Assembly (NCBI GenBank): GCA_043804695.1
Contig: JAZDIV010000062.1
Coordinates: 1 to 23,883, forward strand
DNA from: PVC group bacterium
GTDB taxonomy: Bacteria > Auribacterota > Erginobacteria > Erginobacterales > Erginobacteraceae
Reading direction: 5' to 3'
Length of the DNA stretch: 23,883 nucleotides
Part shown: in pieces, positions 23,734 to 23,883 of the stretch
Layout: each line of letters opens with the position of its first letter
How positions within the stretch are numbered: position 1 is the first letter of the stretch
Position numbers and translations under genes: made by a program
The notes under the pieces: generated by a model
Seen by the model: only the letters and a program-made list of their open reading frames with translations
Told to the model about the DNA's origin: nothing
Database searches by the model: none

Positions 23734-23883
23734 AAAATTTTTCTCCGAAAAATTTTATTAAAATGTAACGCCTCCGGCGCGCAATAAAGACTATAGTATG
23801 TTGTTAGATTCAGCAGATTGCGCAACTTTTGCCGGACTATATAGCGGCATTCAGAACAGGGGTGCGATGCTTAATATCAAGAA

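Noticed and set aside
23760..23883. Sigma70 promoter for pilT
   Set aside because: AT-rich with repeated GACTATA, but no convincing -35/-10 pair could be fixed by eye

Overview
GC-rich bacterial window in which all credible genes lie on the minus strand. In transcription order (right to left): a type IV pilus machinery cluster (PilT ATPase, ParA/Soj-like ATPase, PilM-PilN fusion, PilO-like, PilP-like, PilQ/GspD secretin, small membrane protein) is coupled by stop/start overlaps to an array of seven GT-C-type polytopic glycosyltransferase genes (three TMTC-like with TPRs, one more with a TPR). Two HUH (Y1) transposase genes are embedded in the array, each flanked by its own family of palindromic repeats: an intact RAYT with GTGG-type REPs, and a frameshifted tandem two-domain IS200-like TnpA whose halves appear to carry complementary parts of one active site. 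The repeats are remodelling host genes: REP clusters and heptamer arrays sit in frame inside two glycosyltransferases, one glycosyltransferase appears to use the transposase's repeat-derived RBS and N-terminus, and a nested REP/MITE/palindrome insertion alters the parA 3' end. Pilus-cluster spacers carry a recurring set of perfect hairpins with cGNAg triloops. All family assignments are from motif recognition by eye, not database searches.
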